DNA of 64,000 nt from positions 1,248,001 through 1,312,000 of the forward strand of contig OZ244937.1 in assembly GCA_965222075.1 (NCBI GenBank), written 5' to 3'. Below the pieces are notes generated by a model. It saw nothing but the letters and a program-made list of their open reading frames with translations, was not told where the DNA came from and made no database searches. This DNA comes from Candidatus Latescibacterota bacterium (GTDB taxonomy: Bacteria > Latescibacterota > UBA2968 > GCA-2709665). A program made the position numbers and the translations under genes. This document shows, one piece after another, positions 10,199-19,332 of the stretch; the first letter of the stretch is position 1; each line of letters begins with the position of its first letter.

Positions 10199-11467
10199 TT
10201 AGAAGCGCCTGGAGAAAGACCCGAACGCCCGCTTGATTTTGGCTACGGCATCAACGATGTCGTCCATGTCCTTTTGTGTGCCCAGGAGCATGGACTGGTA
10301 GAGCCAGATGCTGTGGTTGCAGGCGAATTCGACGTTGGGGCAGGGGAGTCTTCGAACGAGGTGGGGATACTGTTGCGAGACGGTCTTGAGGGCGCCCTCA
10401 TCCGTGAGGGGTCTTTTGTAGCCCGGGGTGCTGGGGATGCCTTCGGCCTGAAGGGCCTTGACGAACGCGTCCCGGGTGCGGCCGCCAAAGGCATCCGGAT
10501 CGTAAAGCATCATGTAGAGGTGGTAGCCGTGCCGGGTGACCCAGGGGTGGTGCCGGGGGGGCATGATGCCTTCGATCTGTTCCAGCGCTTTAGAGAGGTA
10601 AGCGGCGTTTTCGTTGCGGATGCGGGTCTGTGCTTCCAGCCTGGGCAGCCGCTGCAGGAGGATCGCGGCTGTGTATTCCGAAGTCCGGTAGTTCCACCCG
10701 TGCCGGGGGTACTCCCAGCGCTCGCCGCCCGGACGCCGGCCCACGTCCTTGAAGGCGTAGGCCCGGTCCCGAATCTCCTGGTTGTTGGTGAGGATGCAGC
10801 CTCCCTCTCCTGAGGTGAGATTTTTGCTGGACTGGAAGCTGTAAGCGCCCACGTGGCCGAGGGGACCGACCTTGTGCCCTTTGTACTCCGCTCCGTGCGC
10901 CTGGGCGCAATCCTCGATGACAACAAGGTTGTGCTTTTCGGCAATCGCGTTCAGGCCGTCCATGTCGGCGGGGTGCCCCCCCACATGGACAGGGAGAATG
11001 CCGACGGTTTGGCTGGTGATGGCCGCTTCCACGGCTTTGGGATGTATTGTGAAGCAGACCGGGTCAATATCGACCAGGGCCAGGGAGCAGCGGGTGGACA
11101 GGGGGGCGCTGGCCGTGGCGATAAAGGTGTAGTTGGGGATGATGATCTCACCGCCGTCTCCCAGGCCGTCTAAGTCGAGCGCACCGGCCACGGCGGCCGA
11201 AATGGCGTCTGTACCGTGGGGCATGATGATGCCGTAGCGGGCATCGCAGTAAGCCGCAAGCGCCTGTCCAAAGGCCTCGCCCCGGGGGGCCGGGAGGCCC
11301 TCTACTGTCTGGAGATAGACCTCCCGCAGGGCAGGTTCAATCTTATGTTCCCATTCCTCCTGGGTGTTCCGGGGCCAGGCCGGCCAGGGTTTTTTTTCGG
11401 TATCGCGGACAGGCGTGCCCCCCTCAAGGGCGAGTTTTTCAGATACGGAGACAAATGCCATGCACAT
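10199..11467 (-). CDS. DegT/DnrJ/EryC1/StrS family PLP-dependent aminotransferase
   Basis: [36 protein letters not shown]. Confidence 0.9.
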   Translation of the reverse strand: MCMAFVSVSEKLALEGGTPVRDTEKKPWPAWPRNTQEEWEHKIEPALREVYLQTVEGLPAPRGEAFGQALAAYCDARYGIIMPHGTDAISAAVAGALDLDGLGDGGEIIIPNYTFIATASAPLSTRCSLALVDIDPVCFTIHPKAVEAAITSQTVGILPVHVGGHPADMDGLNAIAEKHNLVVIEDCAQAHGAEYKGHKVGPLGHVGAYSFQSSKNLTSGEGGCILTNNQEIRDRAYAFKDVGRRPGGERWEYPRHGWNYRTSEYTAAILLQRLPRLEAQTRIRNENAAYLSKALEQIEGIMPPRHHPWVTRHGYHLYMMLYDPDAFGGRTRDAFVKALQAEGIPSTPGYKRPLTDEGALKTVSQQYPHLVRRLPCPNVEFACNHSIWLYQSMLLGTQKDMDDIVDAVAKIKRAFGSFSRRF

Positions 11468-12716
11468 CCTCCTTCACCAGTTCACAGGCCGCAGCCCGAA
11501 TGATGGGTTCGCCTTCCACGGCCAGGCCGGCGTATTTTGGCTCCATGCCGCCCTCCTTGTGCGCAAGCGGTGTGCTCAGGTAGCCGATGTCGGCCGAAGG
11601 GCCGGACAGGACAGCCGTGAGCCGATCGCCTGCGGCCTGTTTGATCGCTTTTGCAGTCTCGACGAAGATCTCACCCGGAAGGTGGAGGATGTCTGCGCCG
11701 TTGATGGAGACGCGGGTGATGGTGTAGGCCAGGCCTGTTCGGCCTGTCCGATAAAGCCGGTTTCCGTAGGCCTGAAACCGCTGCAGCCCGTCGGACCGTT
11801 TGGGGGTAGAGGCAAGTCCGGCTTCGATCTCACCGGGGTTGGGGTAGGAGAAGGCGGGCATCTGGATCGTTTTCTGTTTTACGGTGACTCCCTCACCTGA
11901 GGAGGTCTCTGTTTGTTCCAGGGCGTAGAGGGCCGCGCCCGCCACGCTGTGGCCCACGCGCTGATGGGTGCGCCCGCCCCGGCTGACGGGAACGACATTG
12001 CCGATGCTGCCCGGCAGGAAGAGAGACTGGATACCTGCGGTTTTCAAGACCTTCCGCACGACGCCGGGGTAGTCCGCCGAGATGTTCCCGGACTTGTCTG
12101 TGTTGCACAGCGCGTGACACCCAAAGATAAAGGCGCAACAGGTGGGGGTGCCTTCCTCGTTGTCCACCCGAATGACGTAGACATTCTCGTCGATATCCGC
12201 GTAGGTCAGTTCCGGCCGGGGATAGGGGAATTTGAAGTTGCTCATCACCAGCTTCCCGTCCCTGTCGTACGACCGCCTGTTGTAAAGGATGTCCGGGGCC
12301 GAGCAGGCGCCCACGCCGATGTGGGCAGGCGCCATCGCACCCGCCGCTTTTCGGATCGCAGCGGCCATCTGATCGGCGAAGTAATCGTCCCTACCGTAAT
12401 ATTTGAGGTCTTCACAGGGTGTGCTGACGTAGGACTGGAACAGGATCGGCGCGGTTGCAATGTGCGCCGCACAGGGCAGGATGTGGTCCAGGTTCAGCCA
12501 TACGATATCCGACAGGCGTTTTCTGACACGCCGGACCAGGTCATCTTCAATGCTGAAAAAATCCCCGGCGAGGAAGGTCACATTTGTATCTCCACCCTGC
12601 AGGATGAGCGCACGGAAAGAGATCGGATCAAAGACTTCAAAGGCCCCATCGGGCGGTTTTTTCGGCGTGAAGTCCTGTATTCCAAATCCGACGTTTAAAG
12701 GCAACGCATCCGACAT
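11439..12716 (-). CDS. Neutral/alkaline ceramidase-like hydrolase
   Basis: DFTP, AAHIATAP (variant of THTHSGP), YNRR, FGCHA, ISADYPG, LPGEIFVE. Confidence 0.65.
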   Translation of the reverse strand: MSDALPLNVGFGIQDFTPKKPPDGAFEVFDPISFRALILQGGDTNVTFLAGDFFSIEDDLVRRVRKRLSDIVWLNLDHILPCAAHIATAPILFQSYVSTPCEDLKYYGRDDYFADQMAAAIRKAAGAMAPAHIGVGACSAPDILYNRRSYDRDGKLVMSNFKFPYPRPELTYADIDENVYVIRVDNEEGTPTCCAFIFGCHALCNTDKSGNISADYPGVVRKVLKTAGIQSLFLPGSIGNVVPVSRGGRTHQRVGHSVAGAALYALEQTETSSGEGVTVKQKTIQMPAFSYPNPGEIEAGLASTPKRSDGLQRFQAYGNRLYRTGRTGLAYTITRVSINGADILHLPGEIFVETAKAIKQAAGDRLTAVLSGPSADIGYLSTPLAHKEGGMEPKYAGLAVEGEPIIRAAACELVKEDVHGICLRI

Positions 12717-12839
12717 GGATCACGATCCTCTCTGATGGATTACCGTTGGTTTGCGACAGCCCACTATCAATAATCGGCGTAATCGGAGATCCTGTCAAGC
12801 TTTTTTCGTTTCACGGAGTCAGGTTGGGATGCCGGTACC

Positions 12840-12868
12840 TTGACCTATTCATTGGTATGATTTACATT
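12840..12868 (+). promoter_or_regulatory. Sigma70-type promoter upstream of the FAD oxidase operon
   Basis: TTGACC-17 nt-TACATT. Confidence 0.55.
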
Positions 12869-13019
12869 ATATTCAGAATCTAACCGCGCTGTGCAGATCG
12901 CTCCGGGGCATCCGTGTGAGGTGGCCTACGAACCGGTCACGTTTGAGATGGTAGAAGCAGAAGTGACGCCGTTTCCGATTCAACCATAGGGCGATGCAGG
13001 CCAGGAAGGGAGAGGTGCG

Positions 13020-15887
13020 ATGGAGGCTTTGGTTGAGGCTCTGGAAGAGGCAGTTGAGGGAGAGGTGCGGTTCGACCGGGCATCGCGTGTGCTCTACAGC
13101 ACCGACGCCAGCCTGTATGAGATTGAACCGCTGGGGGTGGTGATCCCTAAAAAAAGGCAGGATGTCCTGGCCGTTCACCGGCTTGCGGACCAGTTCGGGG
13201 CGCCTGTGATTCCGCGCGGGGGAGGTACGGGGCTGGCCGGTCAGTCCGTGGGCCGTGCTGTGATTATGGATATGTCCAAGTACATGAACAGCATCCTGGA
13301 ACTGAACGCCGAAGAAGGGTGGGTGCGGGTGGAGCCGGGCGTGGTGCTGGACCAGTTGAACGCGTACTTGAACGCCCACGGGCTCCAGTTTGCCCCCGAT
13401 GTGGCCACCAGCAGCCGCGCGAATATCGGGGGAATGGTCGCCAACAACTCGGCCGGCGCGCATTCGGTGATCTATGGAAAGACGATCGACCATGTGCTTG
13501 AACTTTCTGTGGTCCTGGCGGACGGGACGGAGGCCGTGTTCCGGGAGATGGGGAAGGCAGAGGTCCGGCAGAAGGTGGAGCAGAAGGACCTGGAGGGTCA
13601 GGCCTACCGGGAGGTGGTGCGGCTGGCGAGGACGCACCGGGAGGAGATCGAGCGGCGCTATCCCAAGATCATGAGGCGCGTCGGGGGCTATAATCTGGAT
13701 GCGTTTGTGGGAGATCGGCCGTTTAATATGTGCCGGATGGTGGTTGGGTCCGAAGGCACCCTGGCCACGATCCTGGAGGCCAAACTCAGGGTGATCCCCC
13801 TGCCGAAGGCCAAGGTCCTGGGCGTGGTTCAGTTCCAGGATCTGATTGAGGCCATGGAGGCCGTAGCGCCCATTTTGGAGACGGGGCCGGCGGCGGTGGA
13901 ACTGATGGACAAGATGATCTTAGACCAGACCGTGGGATCGCTGGCCCTTTCCGGACAACGCGCCTGGGTTGAGGGCGACCCCGAGGCGGTGCTGGCCGTA
14001 GAATACTATGGGGAGACGAGCGAGGCGCTGCGCCCCAGGTTGGACGAGCTTGAAGCGGCGATGGCGGCAGTGGGGCTTGGGTATGGGTTCCATCGGGCGA
14101 TTTCGCCACAGGAACAGGCGAACGTCTGGAATGTGCGCAAGGCCGGGCTGGGGCTGTTGATGGGGATTAAGGGAGATACCAAGCCGGTGGCCTTTGTTGA
14201 GGACGCGGCGGTTTCTCCGGAAAAGCTGCCCGATTACATCCGGGAGTTTGACGGGATTGTGCGGTCCCACGGCACCACGGCCGGGTACTATGCCCATGCC
14301 AGTGTGGGGTTGCTGCACGTTCGCCCGCTGGTGAATCTGAAGACGGCGGAGGGGGTAGCGAAGATGCGGGCGATTGCCGAGCAGGTCCGGGACCTGGTCT
14401 TGAAGTACGGCGGGGCAATGAGCGGGGAGCACGGCGATGGGCTGGCCCGGAGTTGCTGGAACGAACAGATGTTCGGGACAAGGCTCTACGACGCGTTTCG
14501 GGAGGTGAAGCGGGCGTTTGATCCTAAAGGGTTGATGAACCCCGGAAAGATTGTGGATGCGCCCGTGATGACCCAAAACCTCCGGTTCGGGACCGGCTAC
14601 CGGGCCGAGGAGATCAAGACGCACTTCGACTTCTCCGCAGACGGGGGGTTTCACCGGGCCGTGGAAATGTGCAACGGTGTGGGGGCCTGCCGCAAGGTGC
14701 TGGAAGGGACGATGTGCCCGTCCTATATGGCCACCTTAGAGGAAGAGCACTCCACGCGGGGGCGGGCCAATGCCCTGCGGGCGGCGATTTCCGGGCGGTG
14801 GGAAGGGGGGCTGACGGACAAGCGGCTCTACGAGGTGCTCGACCTGTGTTTGGAGTGCAAGGCCTGCAAGGCGGAGTGTCCATCCAATGTGGATATGGCC
14901 AAGCTCAAGTACGAATTTCTCGCCCACTATTACGAGGACCACGGCAGGCCGCTGCGGGCGTGGCTTTTTGCGAATATCGAGATGGTTAACCGGGTCGGGT
15001 GTGCGCTTGCGCCCGTTTCGAACTGGGTTGCGAACAGCGGCCTGGGCCGGTTTGCCCTGGGGGCGCTTGGCATCGCCCCCCAACGGTCCCTGCCGCGGTT
15101 TGCCCGTCAGACCTTTACGGACTGGTTTTCCAGGCGAAAAGGGTTAAAAAGCGACCGCAAGGTCGTCCTTTTCCACGACACCTTTCTCACCTACAACCAT
15201 CCGGCCATCGGGGTGGCGGCCACACGGTTTTTTGAGGCAGCGGGAATCGAGGTGGTACTGCCGGAGAAGCGCTGCTGCGGGCGGCCCATGCTTTCCAGCG
15301 GTATGGTCGATGAGGCGAAGGCGAACGCTGCTTTCAATGTTGAAAGTCTCTATGCCTACGTGAAGAAGGGCTATGAGATTGTGGGGTTTGAGCCGAGTTG
15401 TGTGTCGATGCTCACGGATGACTACCTGGATCTGACGCCGGATTCGAGGGCACGCGCAGTGGCAGAAAAGAGCTATTTGTTTGAGGAGTACGTGGCGGTG
15501 TTGGGCGAACGGGACGAACTGGAGATCCCTTTTTCGAATCTCAAAAAGGAGATTCTGGTCCACGGGCACTGCCACCAGAAGGCGCTGGGGGGGATCGAAC
15601 CTGTGTTGGCCGCGTTGAACCTGCCGCCCGGATATACGGCCAGAGCCATCGATTCGGCCTGCTGCGGGATGGCGGGGGCATTCGGCTATGAGGCCGAGCA
15701 CTATGAGGTTTCGTTGAAGGTTGGAGAAGACCGGCTCTTGAAGGTCGTCCGGGAGGCGGCGCCCCACGTGGAGGTTGCAGCCGCAGGGCTTTCCTGTCGG
15801 CAGCAGATTGCGCACGCCACAGGGCGACAGGCCCGCCATCCCGTTGAGGTGCTCTGGGATGCGGTTGCGCCGGGAAGGGGTCTGTGA
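13020..15887 (+). CDS. FAD-binding/Fe-S oxidoreductase (GlcD-GlcF fusion, YdiJ-like)
   Basis: YSTDAS, PRGGGTGLAGQ, GEHGDG, CNGVGAC, CLECKACKAECP, CCG motifs. Confidence 0.9.
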   Translation: MEALVEALEEAVEGEVRFDRASRVLYSTDASLYEIEPLGVVIPKKRQDVLAVHRLADQFGAPVIPRGGGTGLAGQSVGRAVIMDMSKYMNSILELNAEEGWVRVEPGVVLDQLNAYLNAHGLQFAPDVATSSRANIGGMVANNSAGAHSVIYGKTIDHVLELSVVLADGTEAVFREMGKAEVRQKVEQKDLEGQAYREVVRLARTHREEIERRYPKIMRRVGGYNLDAFVGDRPFNMCRMVVGSEGTLATILEAKLRVIPLPKAKVLGVVQFQDLIEAMEAVAPILETGPAAVELMDKMILDQTVGSLALSGQRAWVEGDPEAVLAVEYYGETSEALRPRLDELEAAMAAVGLGYGFHRAISPQEQANVWNVRKAGLGLLMGIKGDTKPVAFVEDAAVSPEKLPDYIREFDGIVRSHGTTAGYYAHASVGLLHVRPLVNLKTAEGVAKMRAIAEQVRDLVLKYGGAMSGEHGDGLARSCWNEQMFGTRLYDAFREVKRAFDPKGLMNPGKIVDAPVMTQNLRFGTGYRAEEIKTHFDFSADGGFHRAVEMCNGVGACRKVLEGTMCPSYMATLEEEHSTRGRANALRAAISGRWEGGLTDKRLYEVLDLCLECKACKAECPSNVDMAKLKYEFLAHYYEDHGRPLRAWLFANIEMVNRVGCALAPVSNWVANSGLGRFALGALGIAPQRSLPRFARQTFTDWFSRRKGLKSDRKVVLFHDTFLTYNHPAIGVAATRFFEAAGIEVVLPEKRCCGRPMLSSGMVDEAKANAAFNVESLYAYVKKGYEIVGFEPSCVSMLTDDYLDLTPDSRARAVAEKSYLFEEYVAVLGERDELEIPFSNLKKEILVHGHCHQKALGGIEPVLAALNLPPGYTARAIDSACCGMAGAFGYEAEHYEVSLKVGEDRLLKVVREAAPHVEVAAAGLSCRQQIAHATGRQARHPVEVLWDAVAPGRGL

Positions 15888-16168
15888 TGGGCGGATTGAC
15901 GCGGGTTTACGTCCGGGTCGCCGGGGTCGTGCAGGGGGTAGGGTTCCGCTATTTTACCCAGCGGAAGGCCAGGGAGTTGGGCCTGGCGGGATACGTCCGA
16001 AACCTGCCCGATGGAGACGTGGAGATGGAAGTTGAGGGGCCGTCGGACCGGATTTCTGCGCTTGTTGGCGCGGCAAGCCAGGGGCCGCCAGGGGCAGATG
16101 TCCGGGAGGTCCACACGGACGAACGCCTCGTTGAAGGGGCCGGTTCGGGTTTTGAGGTCCGTTTTTAA
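15884..16168 (+). CDS. acyP: Acylphosphatase
   Basis: GVVQGVGFRY, GYVRNLPDGDVE. Confidence 0.92.
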   Translation: MMGGLTRVYVRVAGVVQGVGFRYFTQRKARELGLAGYVRNLPDGDVEMEVEGPSDRISALVGAASQGPPGADVREVHTDERLVEGAGSGFEVRF

Positions 16169-16183
16169 CGCAAGGGAGGGCGC

Positions 16184-16702
16184 ATGTCGATCGATCTGGC
16201 GTCGTACATTCGAGAGGTTCCCGATTTCCCAAAGCCGGGAATTCTCTTTAAAGATATTACGACCCTGTTGAAGCACCCCGCCGCGCTGGAAACGTCCATC
16301 CGGAAGCTCGCCGATCCCTACCGGGACCGGGAGATCGAACTTGTGGCGAGTGTAGAGTCACGAGGGTTTATTTTTGGGACGGGACTGGCGCGGGAGCTCA
16401 AGGCCGGGTTTGTGCCCATCCGCAAGTCCGGCAAGCTGCCGGCAGAGACGATCTCGGTCTCTTACCAACTGGAATACGGCACGGACAGTGTAGAAATCCA
16501 CAAGGATGCGGTTGCCCCGGGCCAGCGCGTGCTGATGGTGGACGACCTGCTGGCCACCGGGGGGACCATGGAGGCCGCTTGCAGGCTCGTGGATGAGCTG
16601 AAGGGCGAGATTGTGGGGATCGCCTTCCTGATTGAGCTGACGTTTCTGGAGGGGCGAAAGAAACTGGACGACCGGGAGATATTTTCGGTTCTCCGGTATT
16701 AA
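16184..16702 (+). CDS. apt: Adenine phosphoribosyltransferase
   Basis: PDFPKPGILFKDIT, ESRGFIFG, YQLEYG, VDDLLATGGT. Confidence 0.95.
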   Translation: MSIDLASYIREVPDFPKPGILFKDITTLLKHPAALETSIRKLADPYRDREIELVASVESRGFIFGTGLARELKAGFVPIRKSGKLPAETISVSYQLEYGTDSVEIHKDAVAPGQRVLMVDDLLATGGTMEAACRLVDELKGEIVGIAFLIELTFLEGRKKLDDREIFSVLRY

Positions 16703-16781
16703 GGCAGTCGCCAGTCCCGGGGCGCGCGGACTGATTTACTGTGCTCGTCGAGGTCGTCAGAGAGGCAGGGGAGCAAAATGC

Positions 16782-16810
16782 TTGACTGTTCGGATTCACA
16801 ATCTTATATT
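16782..16810 (+). promoter_or_regulatory. Sigma70-type promoter of the tRNA gene
   Basis: TTGACT-17 nt-TATATT, 20 nt upstream of the tRNA. Confidence 0.65.
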
Positions 16811-16830
16811 CAAATTTTCTGAACAATGTA

Positions 16831-16906
16831 GCCCCTGTAGCTCAGAGGATAGAGCAGCGGATTCCTAATCCGTTGGTCGGGTGTTCGAGTCACCCCAGGG
16901 GTACCA
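16831..16906 (+). tRNA. tRNA-Arg (anticodon CCT)
   Basis: GCCCCTG acceptor / CAGGGGT-A-CCA, D arm TAGCTCAG..GGATAGAGC, anticodon arm GCGGA-TTCCTAA-TCCGT, T loop GTTCGAGTC. Confidence 0.97.
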
Positions 16907-16933
16907 GATAAACGATTGTGGAAGAGCAGGTTG

Positions 16934-16980
16934 TAACGGCTCCCGGCGCGGAGCCGTTACTGCGTGGCGAACCGTTTTTT
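16934..16980 (+). terminator. Hairpin / likely terminator after the tRNA
   Basis: GTAACGGCTCC..GGAGCCGTTAC perfect stem with a T-run further downstream. Confidence 0.5.
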
Positions 16981-17096
16981 CAGGGATTTTTATGAGTAGG
17001 ATCAGTGGAAGGCGTGTCGTCGTTATTCGCCGGTTGACAGATTCGAGAACTTTCTTTAAGTTTTAGGTTGAACACCTGGAAGTGGCATTCCAGGCC

Positions 17097-17125
17097 TTGA
17101 CAAAGCGATACCGGGGATTTATACT
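17097..17125 (+). promoter_or_regulatory. Near-consensus sigma70 promoter
   Basis: TTGACA-17 nt-TATACT. Confidence 0.7.
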
Positions 17126-17185
17126 ACACCCGGAATGCCCCCCGCAGGACAAGCCGGGCCGGATGGTTTGGAAGGAGGGACATAG

Positions 17186-17533
17186 ATGCCCCAGGAGATG
17201 TCCGATTACAGTGAAGACGAGCATATTCTGGCCAGTCTGAGCGATCCCATAGACGTCGAGGCGTTCTCCAATCTGATGGCGTATGCGCACCAGCAGGGGA
17301 TAAGTGCGGCAGATTTTATCCGCGAGGAGCCCGGGCGGACTTCTCGGAAGACCATTCGGAAGCTTTGTCTCAAGGATGTGAAGCGGTCGCTGCGGGCACG
17401 GGTCGCGTCTGTCTTCAAAACCCTCTGGGATCGCCCGGCAGAAGATCCTGAAGGCGCCTTTGTCCATTCGCTCTATGGCCCCGTAACACGGCTGCCGGCA
17501 TCGGGTAAGAATGGTCAGAAAGGGAGGACCTGA
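17186..17533 (+). CDS. Hypothetical protein
   Basis: AGGAGG SD, follows a strong promoter, no recognised motif. Confidence 0.6.
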   Translation: MPQEMSDYSEDEHILASLSDPIDVEAFSNLMAYAHQQGISAADFIREEPGRTSRKTIRKLCLKDVKRSLRARVASVFKTLWDRPAEDPEGAFVHSLYGPVTRLPASGKNGQKGRT

Positions 17534-17535
17534 GG

Positions 17536-17712
17536 GTGGTAAAACGGCAGGCGCTGCTGGCCCATATTGTGGAGTTAGAGGAACTGGTGGAGAAGCTTTT
17601 GGTGGATGTCCGGTCGGGATCTACCCAGGCACGGGATCTGGTGGTGCACCTCCACAGGGAGGTTATGGAGAAACGGCAGCGTCTGAAGGATTTGTATGAA
17701 AAAGGTGGGTGA
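17536..17712 (+). CDS. Small helical/coiled-coil protein (58 aa, not in ORF track)
   Basis: GGAGG SD + GTG, MVKRQALLAHIVELEELVEKLL...RQRLKDLYEKGG with amphipathic pattern. Confidence 0.55.
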   Translation: MVKRQALLAHIVELEELVEKLLVDVRSGSTQARDLVVHLHREVMEKRQRLKDLYEKGG

Positions 17713-17822
17713 GCCAGCACAGAAGGTCGTGACGCTGAGGTTGGAACCAGGTAGCGGAGTGCAAAGAGCAGTGACATCCGACAGAGGCTGTGCTGCGCAT
17801 TCCGCTCTTTTTATACCCGAAC

Positions 17823-18236
17823 ATGGCTCGAATTCTGGCTGTAGATTACGGACGGCGCCGGATCGGTCTGGCGGTTAGCGATGAACTGGGTTTGACCGCC
17901 CAGGGCATACCCACGGTCCGGGCCGGGGGAATGGCGGAGGCCACCGCGGCTGTTGCCGAGGTAGCTTCCAGGTGGAAGGTTGGGGAGATCGTGGTGGGGC
18001 TGCCCCTGAATATGGACAGCAGCCGCGGGCCGATGGCCGAAGCGGCGGAGGCCTTTGCCTGTGGCCTGCGGAAGGCGACTGGCCTGCGGGTGCGTTGCTG
18101 GGATGAACGGCTGACCAGCCGTTCGGCTCGACGGGCCGTGCAGGAGATGGGGAAGGGGGCACGGGGGCGGAAGGAAACGGTGGATCGTATAGCGGCCACG
18201 CTCCTGCTGGATACGTATCTGCGGGCGCAAGGATGA
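17823..18236 (+). CDS. ruvX: YqgF/RuvX pre-16S rRNA nuclease
   Basis: ILAVDYGRRRIGLAVSD, VVGLPLNMD, WDERLTS, DRIAA. Confidence 0.93.
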   Translation: MARILAVDYGRRRIGLAVSDELGLTAQGIPTVRAGGMAEATAAVAEVASRWKVGEIVVGLPLNMDSSRGPMAEAAEAFACGLRKATGLRVRCWDERLTSRSARRAVQEMGKGARGRKETVDRIAATLLLDTYLRAQG

Positions 18237-19318
18237 CCATGGCAAAACAGAGATCTGAAGCGGGGCTCATCGGGGGCAGGGTCTCCATATGGGGTGCACG
18301 CCGCATCAGGGTTGTGGCTCTGCTGTGTGTGGGGATTTTGGGCACGGTTCTCGGACTTATGGGGGCTGTGTATATGCTGAACCGACCCACGGGCGTATCT
18401 GCGCACAACGTGACCATTCAGAAGGGCATGTCGGTCTCACAAATTGCCCATTTGCTCCATCGGAAAGGGATTATTCGGAGCTCCAGGCTGTTGCAGGTCT
18501 ACTCCGTAGTCAACGGAACCAGCCGGCGGCTCACCGCAGGGGTGCATCCTTTTCACGGGGGAATGACGGCGTGGCAGGTTCTGCTGGAACTGGAGGTGGG
18601 CCGGGATGTGACCCGGGATGTGACCATTCCCGAAGGGCTGCGGCGGGAGCAGACGGTCCACCTGCTGGCAGAGGCGCTGAACCTGGACGAAGAAATGCTC
18701 CTGAAGATCACCTCGGATGCCGAATTCTGCCGGAAATTGGGCGTTGAGGCGGACAACCTGGAGGGGTACCTGTTCCCCGAGACCTACAAATTTTCCCTGA
18801 TGATGGACGAGGTGCAGGTCGTTGGACTCCTGGTGAAGCATTTTTTTACTGTTTTTGATTCTGCGATGCAGGTCCGGGCCCGGAAGCTGGGCCTGTCGGT
18901 GCACGAGGCGGTGATCCTGGCCTCCATTGTTGAGGGCGAGGCCCGCCTGGATTCCGAGCGGCCGGTGATTTCAGCCGTGTATCACAACCGCCTGAAGCGG
19001 AGGATGCACCTGCAGGCCGACCCCACGGTCCAGTATGCGATTGCCGACGGTCCACGCCGGCTGTTTAACCGGGACTACAAGATTGACTCCCCTTACAACA
19101 CCTACCGGCACCGGGGGCTGCCTCCCGGCCCGATCCTGAGTCCGGGTGAGGCCTCGGTGAGGGGGGTGCTGTATCCCGCCGATGTGGACTATCTCTATTT
19201 TGTCGCCCGGGGAGACGGTTCCCATCTCTTCAGCAGAACGGTCAAAGAACACGAAGAAGCCAAACGCAAGACCCGGTGGGCGCGCCGGAAGGCCTGGCGG
19301 CGTTCGTCCATCGATTGA
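18233..19318 (+). CDS. mltG: Endolytic transglycosylase MltG
   Basis: TIPEG, LEGYLFPETY, LASIVEGE, LQADPTVQY, SPYNTY, GLPPGPI. Confidence 0.93.
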   Translation: MTMAKQRSEAGLIGGRVSIWGARRIRVVALLCVGILGTVLGLMGAVYMLNRPTGVSAHNVTIQKGMSVSQIAHLLHRKGIIRSSRLLQVYSVVNGTSRRLTAGVHPFHGGMTAWQVLLELEVGRDVTRDVTIPEGLRREQTVHLLAEALNLDEEMLLKITSDAEFCRKLGVEADNLEGYLFPETYKFSLMMDEVQVVGLLVKHFFTVFDSAMQVRARKLGLSVHEAVILASIVEGEARLDSERPVISAVYHNRLKRRMHLQADPTVQYAIADGPRRLFNRDYKIDSPYNTYRHRGLPPGPILSPGEASVRGVLYPADVDYLYFVARGDGSHLFSRTVKEHEEAKRKTRWARRKAWRRSSID

Positions 19319-19332
19319 CGGGGGTACAGGGG

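Noticed and set aside
16831-17100. Integrative element at tRNA-Arg
   Set aside because: No integrase and no duplicated tRNA 3' end seen in the window.
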